Shown: in pieces, positions 18,257 to 31,800 of the stretch
Position numbering within the stretch: position 1 is the stretch's first letter
How the letters are laid out: each line of letters opens with the position of its first letter
DNA from: a virus
Reading direction: 5' to 3' (one strand)
DNA: 64,000 nt
IMG/VR virus record: IMGVR_UViG_3300047378_000694
Coordinates: 106,116 to 170,115 of that record
Translations under genes and position numbers: made by a program
Notes under the pieces: model-generated
The model's database searches: none
Told to the model about the DNA's origin: nothing
The model's input: the letters and a program-made list of their open reading frames with translations, nothing else

Positions 18257-20110
18257 CTAAACGCTGCTTGTTAGGTCTTCTTGCCAAACCCAAGCGCCTG
18301 CTACTACTGCAAATCGTTTTAATGTCCTAGTTACAGTTAGTGTTACTGTATCGCTAACATCAGTAAAACTAAAATCAGTAACAACCGATTGGTTCTGTAC
18401 GCCCGCACTGTCAACTGCTGTAAAACTTTTTGAAACTCCATCGGTTGCATTATAGGTATACGCACCTGCATAACTTGTACAATGTACTCTAGCATTTACT
18501 CCGTTATTTTTTGTAGTAGACGGACATAAATCGTTTACTAATAATGCAAGTTGAATGTCAGTTAATCCAGTTGAGTCAACACTAAGTTCAATATCGTGTT
18601 CTTTATAGATATCGTCGACATATTTTTTATGAGCTGCATCGTTGTCAGTACCAGGTGTTGCTAAGTTTCGAATCTTTGTTGTACCCGACATAGTTATATC
18701 ACCGTTGATATTTAGACTCATATCGTTGGTACAAGCAATAGTTGACCCATTTAAATTAATATTGTCAACATCAAGAATTGATAGTGTACCAATACTTGTA
18801 AGACCGCTTGCTGTTGTAACACTTGAATGCAGTTCATTAATAGTTAGTATATCGGTTCCGTTAATTTTATAACCAAGGCCATCAGCAACATCAATGTTCA
18901 CACTCGAAGTCCAAGAGTTAGTAGAATTTTTCCAAATAAGTTCTTTGTCAAGCCCTGACGATTTTAAAATTATACCACCTTCGTTGGCTTGGGCATCGGT
19001 TAACAACGAACTATCGTCATTGATGCCAAGTTCAATTTGTTTGTCTTGTACTCTTAAATTAACTACTTCAAGTGCAGTGTTCGAACCTTTAACTGTTAGA
19101 TTGCCTTCAATAATTACATCACCGTTTGATGCAGTAGTGCCGACATGTAATGCTGCTTGTGGCGCAGAATTAAATATACCAACATGTTGGTTACTTGTTT
19201 CAATTTTAAACGAGCTTGACTGAGCACCAGAACTTGACGTTTGAATATCAATATTTGCATCGTCACGTAAAGCAGTAAGAACAATATCTCTATCTACTGA
19301 TGTAGTATCGGTTGCTATACTAAATCGTGATACATCGCCTGTTAAGAATCCTCTATCATTGTTAATATGTAGATGCTGATTGGTAGTTTGATAAGTTGCA
19401 ATTGGCAACGAAGGACTTACTTGCAAGAAACTTGCAGCACTATAAGAAATGCCTCCGGAAATTAAATTATCTGCATTAGTAGCACTACCATTCCAATAAA
19501 AGTCACTATATGTTGGAACAATATTTACACCTTGTTTAATAGCATACGGTGTTGGAAATCCGGTTAGTAATACAGCGTTTACATCAATTACTGCTGGAGT
19601 AAATGCTTCTTTACTCACAAGAGCAACAGTACTGTTGCCAACACTCCAGCGTCCAACAATTTTGTCAACGCCGTAAATATCAACCAATGTAATAGCATCG
19701 TATTCTGTTTTGCCTTGTGTTCGAGTATAGCTCGGTCCTGCTAAAAATTCTGTAGTACCATCACTAAAATAAAGTTGTTTATTAGTTGCGTCAATCCACA
19801 AATCGCCTGCAACCATCTCAGGCTTTAGAGCTGCATAAGTTGTAGTATCGGTGCCTCGGAATTGTGTTCCGTCCCATACTTTTAATCTACCTGCTGATGT
19901 ATCATACCATATTTGTCCTCTTAGAGGATTTGCTGGAGCACTAGTAGCAGCAAAGTTTTCCATCATCTTAATAAAGTTTTCGTTAAAGGCTTCGCCGTAT
20001 CCTGTATAGTTTCGACCTACAAGTGTTATATCAGTTGTTGTAGAGTCAACTGACCCATCAACTAGGTCTACTAACAATGTTCCGTCAGTTTGGTTTAGTT
20101 TATAACTCAT
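18257..20110 (-). CDS. Tail fibre protein
   Basis: Same N-terminal module; G/T/S-rich beta repeats, DAAHKKYVD motif. Confidence 0.75.
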   Translation of the reverse strand: MSYKLNQTDGTLLVDLVDGSVDSTTTDITLVGRNYTGYGEAFNENFIKMMENFAATSAPANPLRGQIWYDTSAGRLKVWDGTQFRGTDTTTYAALKPEMVAGDLWIDATNKQLYFSDGTTEFLAGPSYTRTQGKTEYDAITLVDIYGVDKIVGRWSVGNSTVALVSKEAFTPAVIDVNAVLLTGFPTPYAIKQGVNIVPTYSDFYWNGSATNADNLISGGISYSAASFLQVSPSLPIATYQTTNQHLHINNDRGFLTGDVSRFSIATDTTSVDRDIVLTALRDDANIDIQTSSSGAQSSSFKIETSNQHVGIFNSAPQAALHVGTTASNGDVIIEGNLTVKGSNTALEVVNLRVQDKQIELGINDDSSLLTDAQANEGGIILKSSGLDKELIWKNSTNSWTSSVNIDVADGLGYKINGTDILTINELHSSVTTASGLTSIGTLSILDVDNINLNGSTIACTNDMSLNINGDITMSGTTKIRNLATPGTDNDAAHKKYVDDIYKEHDIELSVDSTGLTDIQLALLVNDLCPSTTKNNGVNARVHCTSYAGAYTYNATDGVSKSFTAVDSAGVQNQSVVTDFSFTDVSDTVTLTVTRTLKRFAVVAGAWVWQEDLTSSV

Positions 20111-22203
20111 ACTACAATATCTCCTACGTAAATAATATATTCAACTGTTGTAAACGGACTTGTATGATAGTACGGATCATTTTGTATATCAAGCATTGCG
20201 CCAGTTTGGCTAATGCCTGTGCCAGTTGTTGTTCCAATAATATTTTGCGCACTTGCACCGGTATCTGTTCCGCCTGTAACATTAGTGCTTGCATAATATT
20301 GTTCACCGTTGTCGCCTTGTAAACTGTGTTGATGATCTGGTAGCATAGGTTGTGTAATTGTACCTGTTTCGCTACCGCCAGTTAAACCTACAGTATTTGC
20401 TGCTGCATCATTTAGTAAACGATTGCCAGTAGTAGCGTCACCCAAATGACCTACTAAGCCTCGTCCTCTAAAATCTGGTAAATTAAAAGTAGTTGCGCCG
20501 CCGTCTGTTGAACCGTATAATATTCCAATAATTAAATACAACGATTCTTCGCTACCTCCACCACGGGTAAGTTGTTGTCCGTGGCATAGTGCCCAACCTG
20601 TTGGAGCTGCTGTTCCTGCATATGGCATTATCATACCTAATTGAAATGATGGTACTGTGCTAACAATTTGTGCTTGTGTCATATAACGCAAGCCTTCGCT
20701 GTTTTCAACTAAAAACTTATCACTGCTTGCTACATCAACTGCAATTGCAGTTTGGTCAGTAACAAAACTTGGCTTAATATTAAGTGTCCACTCTTTTGTA
20801 GTTCCACCAACTTGCCCATCAAATTGCACACTACCAGTTGCAGTAACATCGCCAGTACTATTAAATTGGAATGTAGTTGGACTTGCTAGTTTACCTGCTG
20901 TTTGAGCACTGCCACTTACATTACCTGTTACATTTCCGACTAAATTACCGTTGAATGTATTTGCATAAACATTTGCATATCTTAAAATAGGTGTACCAAT
21001 GTTACTTGCTAAGTCTTCGTATGGCTGAATATTTCGAGCATAAATTGAATCTGATGATTGTCCGTCGTTTACATTAAAGTACGCATCGCCGCCAATATTT
21101 AAATCACCGTTAATACCTGCGCCGCCTGCTACAACTAATGCGCCAGTTGTTGGATTACTACTAGGATTCGTATTTGTTGCCTCAATTTTACCACTGTTAG
21201 CTCCGGACATTGTAGCTTTTATATTACCACCTACATCAAGCACTTCAGTAGGCGATGTATTCATCAATCCGTGTTTTCCGTCTGCTGTAATTAATAATGC
21301 TGTTGTGTTTGCGCCAGCATTGTTTACATTAAAGTTAATCGGGCCATCTGTTGCTTTGTTTCTAATAATAACACCGCTACCTGTAACACTAGCAGTTAAG
21401 ATGCCATTTTCACCAATTGTCAAACCAGTATTTGTTTGGATGCGCACATCTTTGTCAAATCTATTTGCTGTATCAAGTCTTGCTACATTTTCATATACTA
21501 AACTAGCTGTACCTGCTGTATTTACAAGTGCTTCTGCTTTTTCACTAGTTCCATAATACTTTGCTTTTGCACCATTAAACGCAAGTTCTGTTGGAATATT
21601 TACACCAGGTTTTACAACATACCCAGTTGGAAATCCTGTAATTTTTAATTTTGGCGTAAATTCAATATAACTATAAACTGACATTATGTTATTTTGCACA
21701 TAATTAATTAATACTGTATGATCAACGTCGGTGCCTAGCTGTGTACTGGTACCTACTAGTGTAGCAATTTTACTACCAGTTGCAGTTGATTCACTGTAGT
21801 CAGGCCCAATCAATACCCATCCACTACCACTGTAAATGTATGCTTGTAAATTTGCAGTATCAACCCATATGTCGCCAAGTACACTTGCACTTGCTTCAGG
21901 TTGTGCTTGTGCTTTTTTAATTCCGCCTGCTGCTACCCAAGCTGCGCCATCGTAAACTTTTAACTGGTCAACTCCAGTTGTAGTATCATACCAAAGTTGT
22001 CCTTCTACTGGACTAGCAGGAGCTGTTGTATTTGCAAAGTTTTCTAGTAAATGTAAAAAGTTTTCATTGACATACCCGCCGTAACCTGTTAGGTTTTGAC
22101 CAACTAATTTTAAACTAGTATCAGTATTGTTAAGTCCGTTTTCTTCAACAGTAATACTACCGTTGTTTGTAAAATCAGTAAATCGTACGGTGTAGTCTGC
22201 CAT
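20107..22203 (-). CDS. Short tail fibre-like protein with phage tail-collar domain
   Basis: Same N-terminal module; C-terminal LGMIMPYAGTAAPTGWALCHGQ...TTFNLPDFRGR. Confidence 0.8.
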   Translation of the reverse strand: MADYTVRFTDFTNNGSITVEENGLNNTDTSLKLVGQNLTGYGGYVNENFLHLLENFANTTAPASPVEGQLWYDTTTGVDQLKVYDGAAWVAAGGIKKAQAQPEASASVLGDIWVDTANLQAYIYSGSGWVLIGPDYSESTATGSKIATLVGTSTQLGTDVDHTVLINYVQNNIMSVYSYIEFTPKLKITGFPTGYVVKPGVNIPTELAFNGAKAKYYGTSEKAEALVNTAGTASLVYENVARLDTANRFDKDVRIQTNTGLTIGENGILTASVTGSGVIIRNKATDGPINFNVNNAGANTTALLITADGKHGLMNTSPTEVLDVGGNIKATMSGANSGKIEATNTNPSSNPTTGALVVAGGAGINGDLNIGGDAYFNVNDGQSSDSIYARNIQPYEDLASNIGTPILRYANVYANTFNGNLVGNVTGNVSGSAQTAGKLASPTTFQFNSTGDVTATGSVQFDGQVGGTTKEWTLNIKPSFVTDQTAIAVDVASSDKFLVENSEGLRYMTQAQIVSTVPSFQLGMIMPYAGTAAPTGWALCHGQQLTRGGGSEESLYLIIGILYGSTDGGATTFNLPDFRGRGLVGHLGDATTGNRLLNDAAANTVGLTGGSETGTITQPMLPDHQHSLQGDNGEQYYASTNVTGGTDTGASAQNIIGTTTGTGISQTGAMLDIQNDPYYHTSPFTTVEYIIYVGDIVV

Positions 22204-22206
22204 GGT

Positions 22207-22815
22207 TTATCCCTCAATTCCGCTTAAACTTTGAATTCTCACAGTATAATCAACTTGGATTAAACGGTTTAAACTCTTTTGTACAGGATGAAAAATAACA
22301 TGTGTAATTAGTCTACCTGTACCGCTTGCCGAATAGCTGCGTAATCCTAGTTCGTCAAAAACATAAAGATTTTCATTACTACCGGCTGTATCAAATGCAT
22401 CTTGTCCTGCTGGTTCACCGTAGTCTAACAAACATCTAACTAATATGTCAGTATAGTTTGTACCACTTACATGACGAATTTCTGTCTTGTTTCTTATCGG
22501 ATCGTTGTTGTTTACACTACGCTCGTCTACTACTTTAGTGAACGTTTGATTGTACAAACTTGCATTTGTACCTGTGCTGTTTGGTGTTAGGTATGTTACA
22601 ATACCTGTTGGATCAACACTAGTTCCGCCATTGCCAAAACTCATATCGCTAATAAAGCCTTGTCCTTGATTAGCCAAACTTTCAGCAAGTGCTAAACTCA
22701 TATTTTCATAATGAATAGCATTGCGTTTGTTTACAAAAACTTCGCCATTATCAGGATCTGAAATCTTGATATGTCCTTCTACGTGTATTCCATTTAAGTC
22801 ATTAAACTGTGTCAT
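22207..22815 (-). CDS. Baseplate/tail structural protein
   Basis: Position in the baseplate operon; FDELGL...LITHVIFHPVQKSLNR motif. Confidence 0.55.
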   Translation of the reverse strand: MTQFNDLNGIHVEGHIKISDPDNGEVFVNKRNAIHYENMSLALAESLANQGQGFISDMSFGNGGTSVDPTGIVTYLTPNSTGTNASLYNQTFTKVVDERSVNNNDPIRNKTEIRHVSGTNYTDILVRCLLDYGEPAGQDAFDTAGSNENLYVFDELGLRSYSASGTGRLITHVIFHPVQKSLNRLIQVDYTVRIQSLSGIEG

Positions 22816-22836
22816 CTTTTTTACCTTATACTGTAT

Positions 22837-25800
22837 TTATTTAGGTAGCTCAATAGTTGCTCCGCGGATAAATCTTGCAATTGCAGAATTGCTGTTTCTT
22901 AATGTTTCACCGGCAGCAATCCATTTTTTTCCGGTTCTTTTAACTACACGGATCTCTGTATCTACTGCTGGCGTTGTTGTAAATTGAATGTACTTGTTAC
23001 CTCCAACTGTTACAACTTCATATTCTTTTGTTTGTGTTTGGTCTGCTTCAGGACTATCTTGTGCAAGTGTTTTATTGTAAACTGAAATATCAACTTTACT
23101 TAACTTGCGTCCTCCCACAAACACTTCAATTTCGTTTGCATTATCAATATCAAATCCTAAATCAACAATTTGATTTGAACCATCGGCTCTGTCTCTGTAT
23201 ACACTATATGTATCCCTATAGTCAATAGTTTCAGCTGAACCTTGGCCATACGCTATATCGCCAGCTGCGTGTAAATCTTTTACACCAGTTCCTAATGTAC
23301 CTCTTCTAAGCTGAGATAATGTATTTTCTTGTACTGCAAAATACTCAATACGTTCTCCGTCTATCCAAATAATACCAGGTAAGTTTAATACAATATCAGG
23401 TTCTTGAATTCCGGTAGCATCAACTAGAACAATTTTATTGTCATACGGACTAACAGGATTAGCAATCATATAACTGTTTTCTTTACTAAGACGTTTATAA
23501 TGTGTTCTGCCTAGCATGTCTCTAAATATTCTATATCCAAACTTATCTGACGACACTGGTGCTGCCCAATGCATTACTTGGATACGATCGTTTTCGTTTA
23601 CAATATCTTTAAGACGTACTGCATTTAAATTTTCCATTACTTCATAATCAACAATTGGATGCAATAGTCTTTTGTTTTTAACAACCCAAACATATTGAGC
23701 ACCAGCAGCCGCTGATTCAAGTTGTACAATTCCACTTGATAATAAATTTCGTCTAGCAAATTCATCAGTGTTTTCATTAACTACTGTTTCAGTTAAAACA
23801 TCATATGTGAATCTTCTAAATTGATTAATATCGTGGTTACTAAAGTGCATTGCTCTATATGTAGTAAAGAGATCGTCGTATATTTCAGGATTAATACTGA
23901 TACTATCGCTATCGATAAATTCAACTTCACTAATTTTTACTGCGGTTGAATCTGCTGTTACATAAAAATCTTCGTCTGCTATAAATTCATCTCTTATGTC
24001 TTTAGCCATACTTTGTACAACAACAGTATTTCCATTTACTGATTTTACTATAGGTTCAAAACGTGTTGAAGTAGCTCCACTAACTAATAGCAACGGTTCG
24101 CCTACTGTTACTTGAGATTCCATATCAAATGCTGTACTGCCATCAAGTGTAGTAAATGTTAATGCAGTATCAATAAAATAATAGTCAGCGTTTTGTAAAC
24201 AGTAAATATCTAGCTTACTTCCTGCCGGAGCAACATTAGTATTAAGTAGTGTAATTCTAGCGTTTACATTATCCCAAGACCATTGAGAAACATCAAGTCT
24301 TACATCGTTTACATATACCATAAAATCAATTTTTGCCACTGATGATAAATTTGCAAATTGCCATCCGTCAATATCGTAACTTAAACTACTTGTAGTTGTA
24401 AACCTAATACTATATCCAGGGCTTAAAATATCTTCGTCGCCAAACACTAATAAGTTGTGTCCTAATGGCAAGTCATTAATTGGTGTAAATGTATCAGTAA
24501 AATTCCAATAATTTCCAGTGCCGTTTGACCAAGAATAATCATTATTAATTTGACTATACGAAGTAATTCCACTGTCGTATACAGCATATTGTATAACATT
24601 ACCCTGATCTAATCTTACTCTGCCTCCTGAGATCTCAATTACCAATTTGTCTGCAGGTTCAGTTGTATTGCTAGTATTCAAGAAATAGTCACTACCCTCT
24701 GTTTGAACAGAGCCATTTAATATTACAATGCAACTTGCATCGCTGCTATAATCCGCTGCTGTTACAAAACGCCAGTTATCGCTTTGGATTGCACTTGAAT
24801 CCTGTAAGTCAAACTCGTTAATTTCAATTGTTTTACTATCTATTAAACTATTACCGTTTGCACCAAATGTCATTACAGTAATAATTGATCCTACATTAAT
24901 GTCAATATCGCTGTCAATAAATACGCTTTCTAAACTGTAATCGTTACTGTAAGTATCAGTTCTTAGTACAACTTTATCAAGCATTACAACAACATTATCT
25001 TCACCAAATGGCTTTTCAGGATATGCAAATTCTCTAGTCGAGCCATCAAAGATATAATGAGCTACATTTATTTGCGCTTGTCCGTCGTTTTGTCTAGTAT
25101 AAACTTGTAAATCAAGTGTATCAGTTACAGTACCTGGAACTAGTTCTTCAGGGCCGCCGCTGTTCGTTGGAGTAAAGAATCCGTCGCCGTCAACTGTTAT
25201 TTCACCTGACGGTATACCTGTAGCAGTTGTTCTGTCTAATGCTCCGCCTTGAAGTGCAGTATCAAATGTTGATCCTACTGGAGAGAAGCTGCCATCACTT
25301 GATTGTTTTCTAATAATAATTTCGTCATCAGCAGTTGTACTAAATGCTCCATTAATATCAATTTCTGTTTGTACACCATCTCCGGTAATTGTAGCCATTA
25401 CAGCATTTTTATTAGCAGTAATGGTGCTTCCGTCATATTGAGGATCATCAAGTCTTACACCGTTTAAGTATAGATTGTACTCTACGCCGCTTTCTAATGG
25501 AGAAGACAATGTGATTATATTTGTGCTACCGTCTAATTTGATAATTTCATCATCATATGTATTATCAAATGTGTCCCACGGCAGATCACTAAATCCGCCT
25601 ACGCCAAACCCTTGTTCGCCGCCAAAGTCAAAGCTATCATACAATGCGCCTTCGTATTCAACACCGGTCATTAGTTGGCTAAATTCTTTGCCAGGCATGC
25701 CTGTTGTTGGATCATATTCGTAGAATATTCTATCTGCTGCGTGTAACAATGCTGTATCTTTTTTGTATTTTACAACAAGTGTATCATCAATTTTTGGTTC

Positions 25801-28800
25801 AGTAACTAGTGTAATTTCACCTATGTATCTGTCGTAACCTTTTGTAGTATCAAGTTTATTAACAACACTATATTCAGTATCTAATAATTCAACATTGTTG
25901 AGTAATACAGAGTATGTTGTAATATTTTGATTAATTGGCCATTGTAGTGTAAAAATTTCCTGGGCACCTGTGCCTGCAAATGTTTCAGTTTTGTCAATTG
26001 TTTCAAAGTACTTTTTACCGCTAATACGATCAAATTTTACAGTCATATGTGTGCTTCGCACATTTGGATTACCTAGTACTGCGGTTGCTCTAACTGATGT
26101 GCCGTCATTTGATTGATTGCCCGAAACTGTAATAGTCGGTGCAGATAAAACTCTACTACCTTTATTTAAGATTTCAATACTCTTGACTTTACCCTTGGCA
26201 ACATATGCTTTTGCAGTTATTCCACTTTCGCCACTTATAGTAACCGCCGGTGTATCATAAAAGCCACTGCCGCCATCGGCAACGTCAATTCTTATAATTT
26301 CGTATGTGTTGTTATCAACCCAATTTTTATAAGGATATGTAAAATATTTTTCCCAAAGATTTGTTACTTCGTTGTTGTTAAACTTAGCAGCACTTGGAGT
26401 GATTTTCCCGCCAATATAACTTGGTGGCAAATCAAAGTCAGAAATTATACTTTGCGTTGGTTCAATCTTTTGATATGCACTAATGTACTCTCTTACTTTT
26501 GTTTTAAATGGTTTTACTTCGTTGATATAATCTTGATAATTTTCAAGATTATCGTTTTGATATGCAACTTTTTGTGTTAGATCTCCAACATTGTGTTTGG
26601 CACGTAAGAAACTAGACTTAAATACCCAATCAACGTTATCCTGTTCTGATAGAACATATCTAACACTTGCAAAGAATAATTTATTATATTCAACTGCTAA
26701 ATCACTAACAAATATGTTAGTTTTAATTGCATCAATAATATTACGCAATTCGTTTACTGGTTCTCTATCGTAAAAAGTAGTATCATAAACTCCAGCATCG
26801 TATCCGGTAGTTTCTGTAGTATAATTGTAAATTACATCTAATAATTTAATTGTTCCATTTTCTCGACCAACTGTATCGTAATTAATAGTGTAATCTTCAG
26901 TGTCTTGGTTGTCTGTTTTCTTTAATAACAGCCAGCCGCCTGTACCAATGTTTTTAATTTTTACTACATCGCCAATTGAATTATCTAATCCAAATAGTTG
27001 ATAACTTCCATCTATAACTTGATGAATTACAGTTGACTCACTGTACCCCGGTGCATACCAATCAGCGTAATTCCAATACTTTGTTGTATCAAAACTTTGG
27101 TTGTCGGTTCTTTCCCAGGCTGCTGTAGTTTTATTATAAATGTAAATTGTCCAGCGTCCGCCAATTGTTTCATCAGCTGTGACCAAAACACTAAACGGTC
27201 TTACTTTTAAGAAAGTAGTTGGTGTATAATCGTATCCTTGATCTTTCACCGTAACACTAGTAATTTGTCCATTGCTATTAATTGTAGATATTATCTCAGC
27301 ATTTTTACCGGTAACATCTTCAATTTCAATACTTGGTGCTGTTTTATAACCATTGCCTGGATTATTAATAGTAACACCAGTAATTTTACCAAATTCAACT
27401 ACAGGAGTTAGAACTGCTTGTGTATTCTTTGCAGTACCAACAAATTGCAATTCGCTAACAGTATCAATTTGTCTATCAAAGTTTCCTTCAGCAGCCAATG
27501 GTAATGGATCAACTAATAAAAGTTTGCTTATATCGTAGTTGTCAACAATTAAGTTTTTAACAAATACACTGTTTATTCTATCAACAAATTGTTTAACTGC
27601 TTCAACACGATTAATAAACATACTCTGACGTGGCTGATTTAGAACTCCGTATTTTTTTGTGTCTGATAGTGTAATATCAGGTACTGGATTTCCAACATTA
27701 TCGTAACCAATTAAACTATCAATCCATTTTTGTTCAATAGAGGCATTTGGCATTGACAAATCAAGACCTTCAGTCATTAAGTCATATTCTCTATGAATTG
27801 GAACATTAATTGTTGTATCTTTTTCTTTTCTAAAATGCAAAATAGTATTAGTTTCTTGTACTAAATTTTTACAATTATAAAGTGCAAATTTATTATTTTC
27901 TAACAACGAAACAAATCTATATCCTGTACCAGCCGGATCTGCTATTAAGTTTGATATAGATTCGCAACTTAATGAGCGTCCTGCAACACGAGGTACAATT
28001 TGTGCATTTTCAACCCAATAGTAATATTTGGTTGTAAACCCTTGTTTTGTTCTATCATAAACTTGCTTACTGCTAACTGTGTCGTCGTCATATAAAGCTG
28101 TACCGCTTATGCCTTTTGTGTAACCAGCAGTTGTACCTGTTTGTGCATTCCACTCACTTGGTAATAAGTTAGTTTCAACCCATTCGCAAACTTGTATACG
28201 TGAGTTAGGCAATAATTTATTAAATGTATTTGTTCGATACTGACTATTACCTTGATAAGGGTTGTACCAACTTGCTTCCTTAAGGTTCCACCAAAGTTTT
28301 CCAACATAACGATCGGTCCAATTTGATTGAACATCGACAATAACATCACTAGTATCACTAGACGACGAATATGTAGCTGGATCGTACCATGTTTTAAAAC
28401 TTAGCTCTTGTTCTGCAGGTCCTGCAATTTTACCCTGTCGTGGATCAATTACGTCTAATCTTTGAATTATGTCAGCAGTATCTTTTGCATATAAAAATAC
28501 TTGTTGCAATTGTTCAATATTTGGTTTAGCAATTTGTGTTGTAAGTTCGCTCCAAGTATTTTTACCTGTTGCAAAACTAAAGTCAACTAGTAGTCCCGGA
28601 TTTGGTGATGTTACATACCTTGGGTCATTATTGTAAGGCCTAGGCATAGCTGTTGCAACTATTGTTGGAATATTTAAATATAGATGATTGTCATTTAAGA
28701 CAATATTTTCCATTTCGTGGGTAGCAGTATTGCGGCTATAGTCAACATCTTCGGCATACACATACAAATCATTAATTTCTTGGAATAAAATAATTCTTCC

Positions 28801-31800
28801 TGTATCTGGAATAATTTTTTTAATATCTGTATTACCGTTATCTAATAACATTCCGTTTTCATCAAATGTTGTCATTTCAACTAAATCACTATTTTTACCA
28901 GTAATTGCTAATTTGTTTTTACTAAAACTTACACTTGATCCAAACGCTTCGCATTTGTCGGTATACGGACTTCTAATATTTTGTTGTAGTTCATACACAT
29001 TATTTGAATTTTGTTTATATACATAAACTGTTCCTGCATCAGTGTCAACATCATCGTTGTAAGGTGCAGCAACGGCAATTTTTGTACCATCGTCGTTGAT
29101 ATCAAAATTCTTGCCCCAAGTTTCTCTTTTTAATACATCTTCGTCAAACGATTGAATAAATTTCCATCTATCTACTGGTTGGTGATAAACAGTTAATCTA
29201 CGTAATCCATTTACTGTTGAGCTAACAACAATTTTATCACCTAAAGTATCAATTGCAATTTTTTCACCAAAATTTTCTTCACCAGTGTCTAAGTCTCCGT
29301 CAAGATCCTGATCTCTATTTGGAACAAATCCTGTGTGTTCGATATCTTCACTTATTTTCCAACTTGCAATATCGGTTGGCAATTTTTGTCCTGTTGGTGT
29401 TGATGACGGTCTTTCAACTAGTGCTTCGTATAATTGTCCTTGATAGAAAACAATATCAGTTGTTCTATACTCTTCGTTTTGATCAAACACACCTTTATAA
29501 TTACGGTTGCGTGTCCAGCGCCAGTCTGTATCATATTCAAAGAAATACACTCGTCCTTGTCCTGCGCCAGTTGCACCAACAAATAATTTATAGATACCAT
29601 TACTAGTTTTTCTAATTTGTAAAGTTGTACCAAAATTTTCACTAGCATTTGGATCAGGACTTGTCATAACAATTTTTTGTTCATATTGACGGGTTTTGTC
29701 ATCAAGTTCGTAAATATAAATTACACCTTGATTACTCAATCCTGAAGATGTTCCAACTCCGGCAGGAATATAATATGCTGGTTCCCAATCTCTATTGTCG
29801 CTAGTTCCAATTGAACTACTATCACTTGCATCAGTGTGCCAATTGCTTACGTCATTTTTAGCACGCCACAAGGTACCTCTATCAACAACAATATCTCCTG
29901 TAAGATATGCTTCAGTAGGATCTAGTGTTCCTTTAAATTGTGATAGTGCATTATCGGCTAATGGTGCGCCAACTACAATAAACTTACTGTCAGGTGATAC
30001 AGCAACACTTGTTCCGTATCCACTATTGTCGTCAGTAGCATCAGTTGCTGACAGTATTTGATCATTTGTAAATGCAAAGGTTGGCGAGTTTCTACGCTTA
30101 ATTGTTGCAGTGCCTGTAAAATCTAAAGACGCATCGTTAGGATCTCCAGTGACTAAAGTTGTATTTGAATTGTTTATATCAGTTGATTTAGCAAATGTTG
30201 TATTAGCATTAGCATATTCTTGTTGCAAACTTACAATACTGTTATTTTCGTATACACTAAAGTTTCCAGTACCGTTGTTGTCAATCCATAATCTGTCTTT
30301 TTGATCTTTTTGTATATCTTCAATAAGATTATTTAAATCTTCAATGTTTGCAAATCTACGCTCAACAAATCTACTTAAACTTGCTCCGCCAACTCCACTA
30401 AAGCTATCATCTTCTTCTTCAAAATCAATTTCACCGTCAGTGGTTGATACTGCAAATGTAATAGTGTTTGCTAATACATCTGATACTTTATAGAATCCTT
30501 TAAAATTTGGAATACTTGAAAAAATACCAATTATATCGTCTTTGGCAATATTTTCAACTTGTCTATCAAGTGTAATTTTTACAGCAGATGATCCATCTGT
30601 GTTTGTAATATTAACAAATCCAGTAACCTCTAAATCACTTCTTGTGTGTTTTAGTACTGTCCATGATTGTTTGTCTTTTGTAATCCAAACATGTTTTCCA
30701 ATTTCAAGCTCGTCAATATTAATACTAGTAATATCGCTTCGAGATGTTACAATATATTCAACATCGTTGTTTCTTACATAGCCCGAATCTTTTGTATAGG
30801 TTGAAGTCGATGTTGTTGAAGATACGATAGTATGATCATAATCATCTGGAACTTTGTATCCTCCAGTACTAGGTATTTCAATAATTAAATCCGAACGCCC
30901 AATTGTTTTGCTTGCATTTAATTCATAAATCTGTGGTTCTAACTTATAATCTTTTTCAGTTAATTGATATTCAATTTCTGCAATATTTTCAATTGATCCA
31001 TATTGTCCTAGTCTAATTGCCCATTCTTCGTATAATTCGACACTGTCGTTGTCAGCACTACTAAGTGCATCAAATAATTTTGTTACACTATTTGAAGTAC
31101 CCTTTTCTTGTATAAATCCTTGATAGAATTTATATTGACTTACACTATCGGTAATAATGTTTTCTAAGTACTGTCGTTTTTGATAGCCAATCAAATGCTG
31201 TGCAAGACGTTGCTGTTCACTGTCAAAGTTATCAGTATCAAGATCATAAAAATCAGCAAATTGGTTTGCTTTGTAATCCCAATTTGGATAAATTTGAGAT
31301 ACAGGACGTTCATCTAATCTACGCCATTTGCTATCGTTAAATGTTTCTCCTGATGTATGATTTGCAAACGCACTATAATAAAATTCTTTATGCTTTACAA
31401 CGTCACTAACTCTATAATCTGAATTTGGAACCCATTGCATAACTTTAGCTTCGTCATAAAAGAATCCCGGAATTGATAAACTACCATTCCAGCCGTCTGT
31501 TCTATATCCAACAAGTTTTATTCTTTCTTGTCTAAATCCTGCTGACTTATCATAGATTGTATCGGCAAAGACTGTTTTGTTATCAAGTAAGACAGTGTGT
31601 TCTTTTTGTACTAACGGTAATTTAATTAAATAAATCGGTCTATCAGAATCAACTGTTCGTATAGTAAACGTATTGTCGTCGTTGCGGAAGATACTTGTAA
31701 CGCTGCTATCCATAAAGTTACCGCTACTATCAAGTATGTTTACATCATAAAATGCATCAAACAAATTATCAATTGTAAACTTATCACGTTTAAATTCTAC

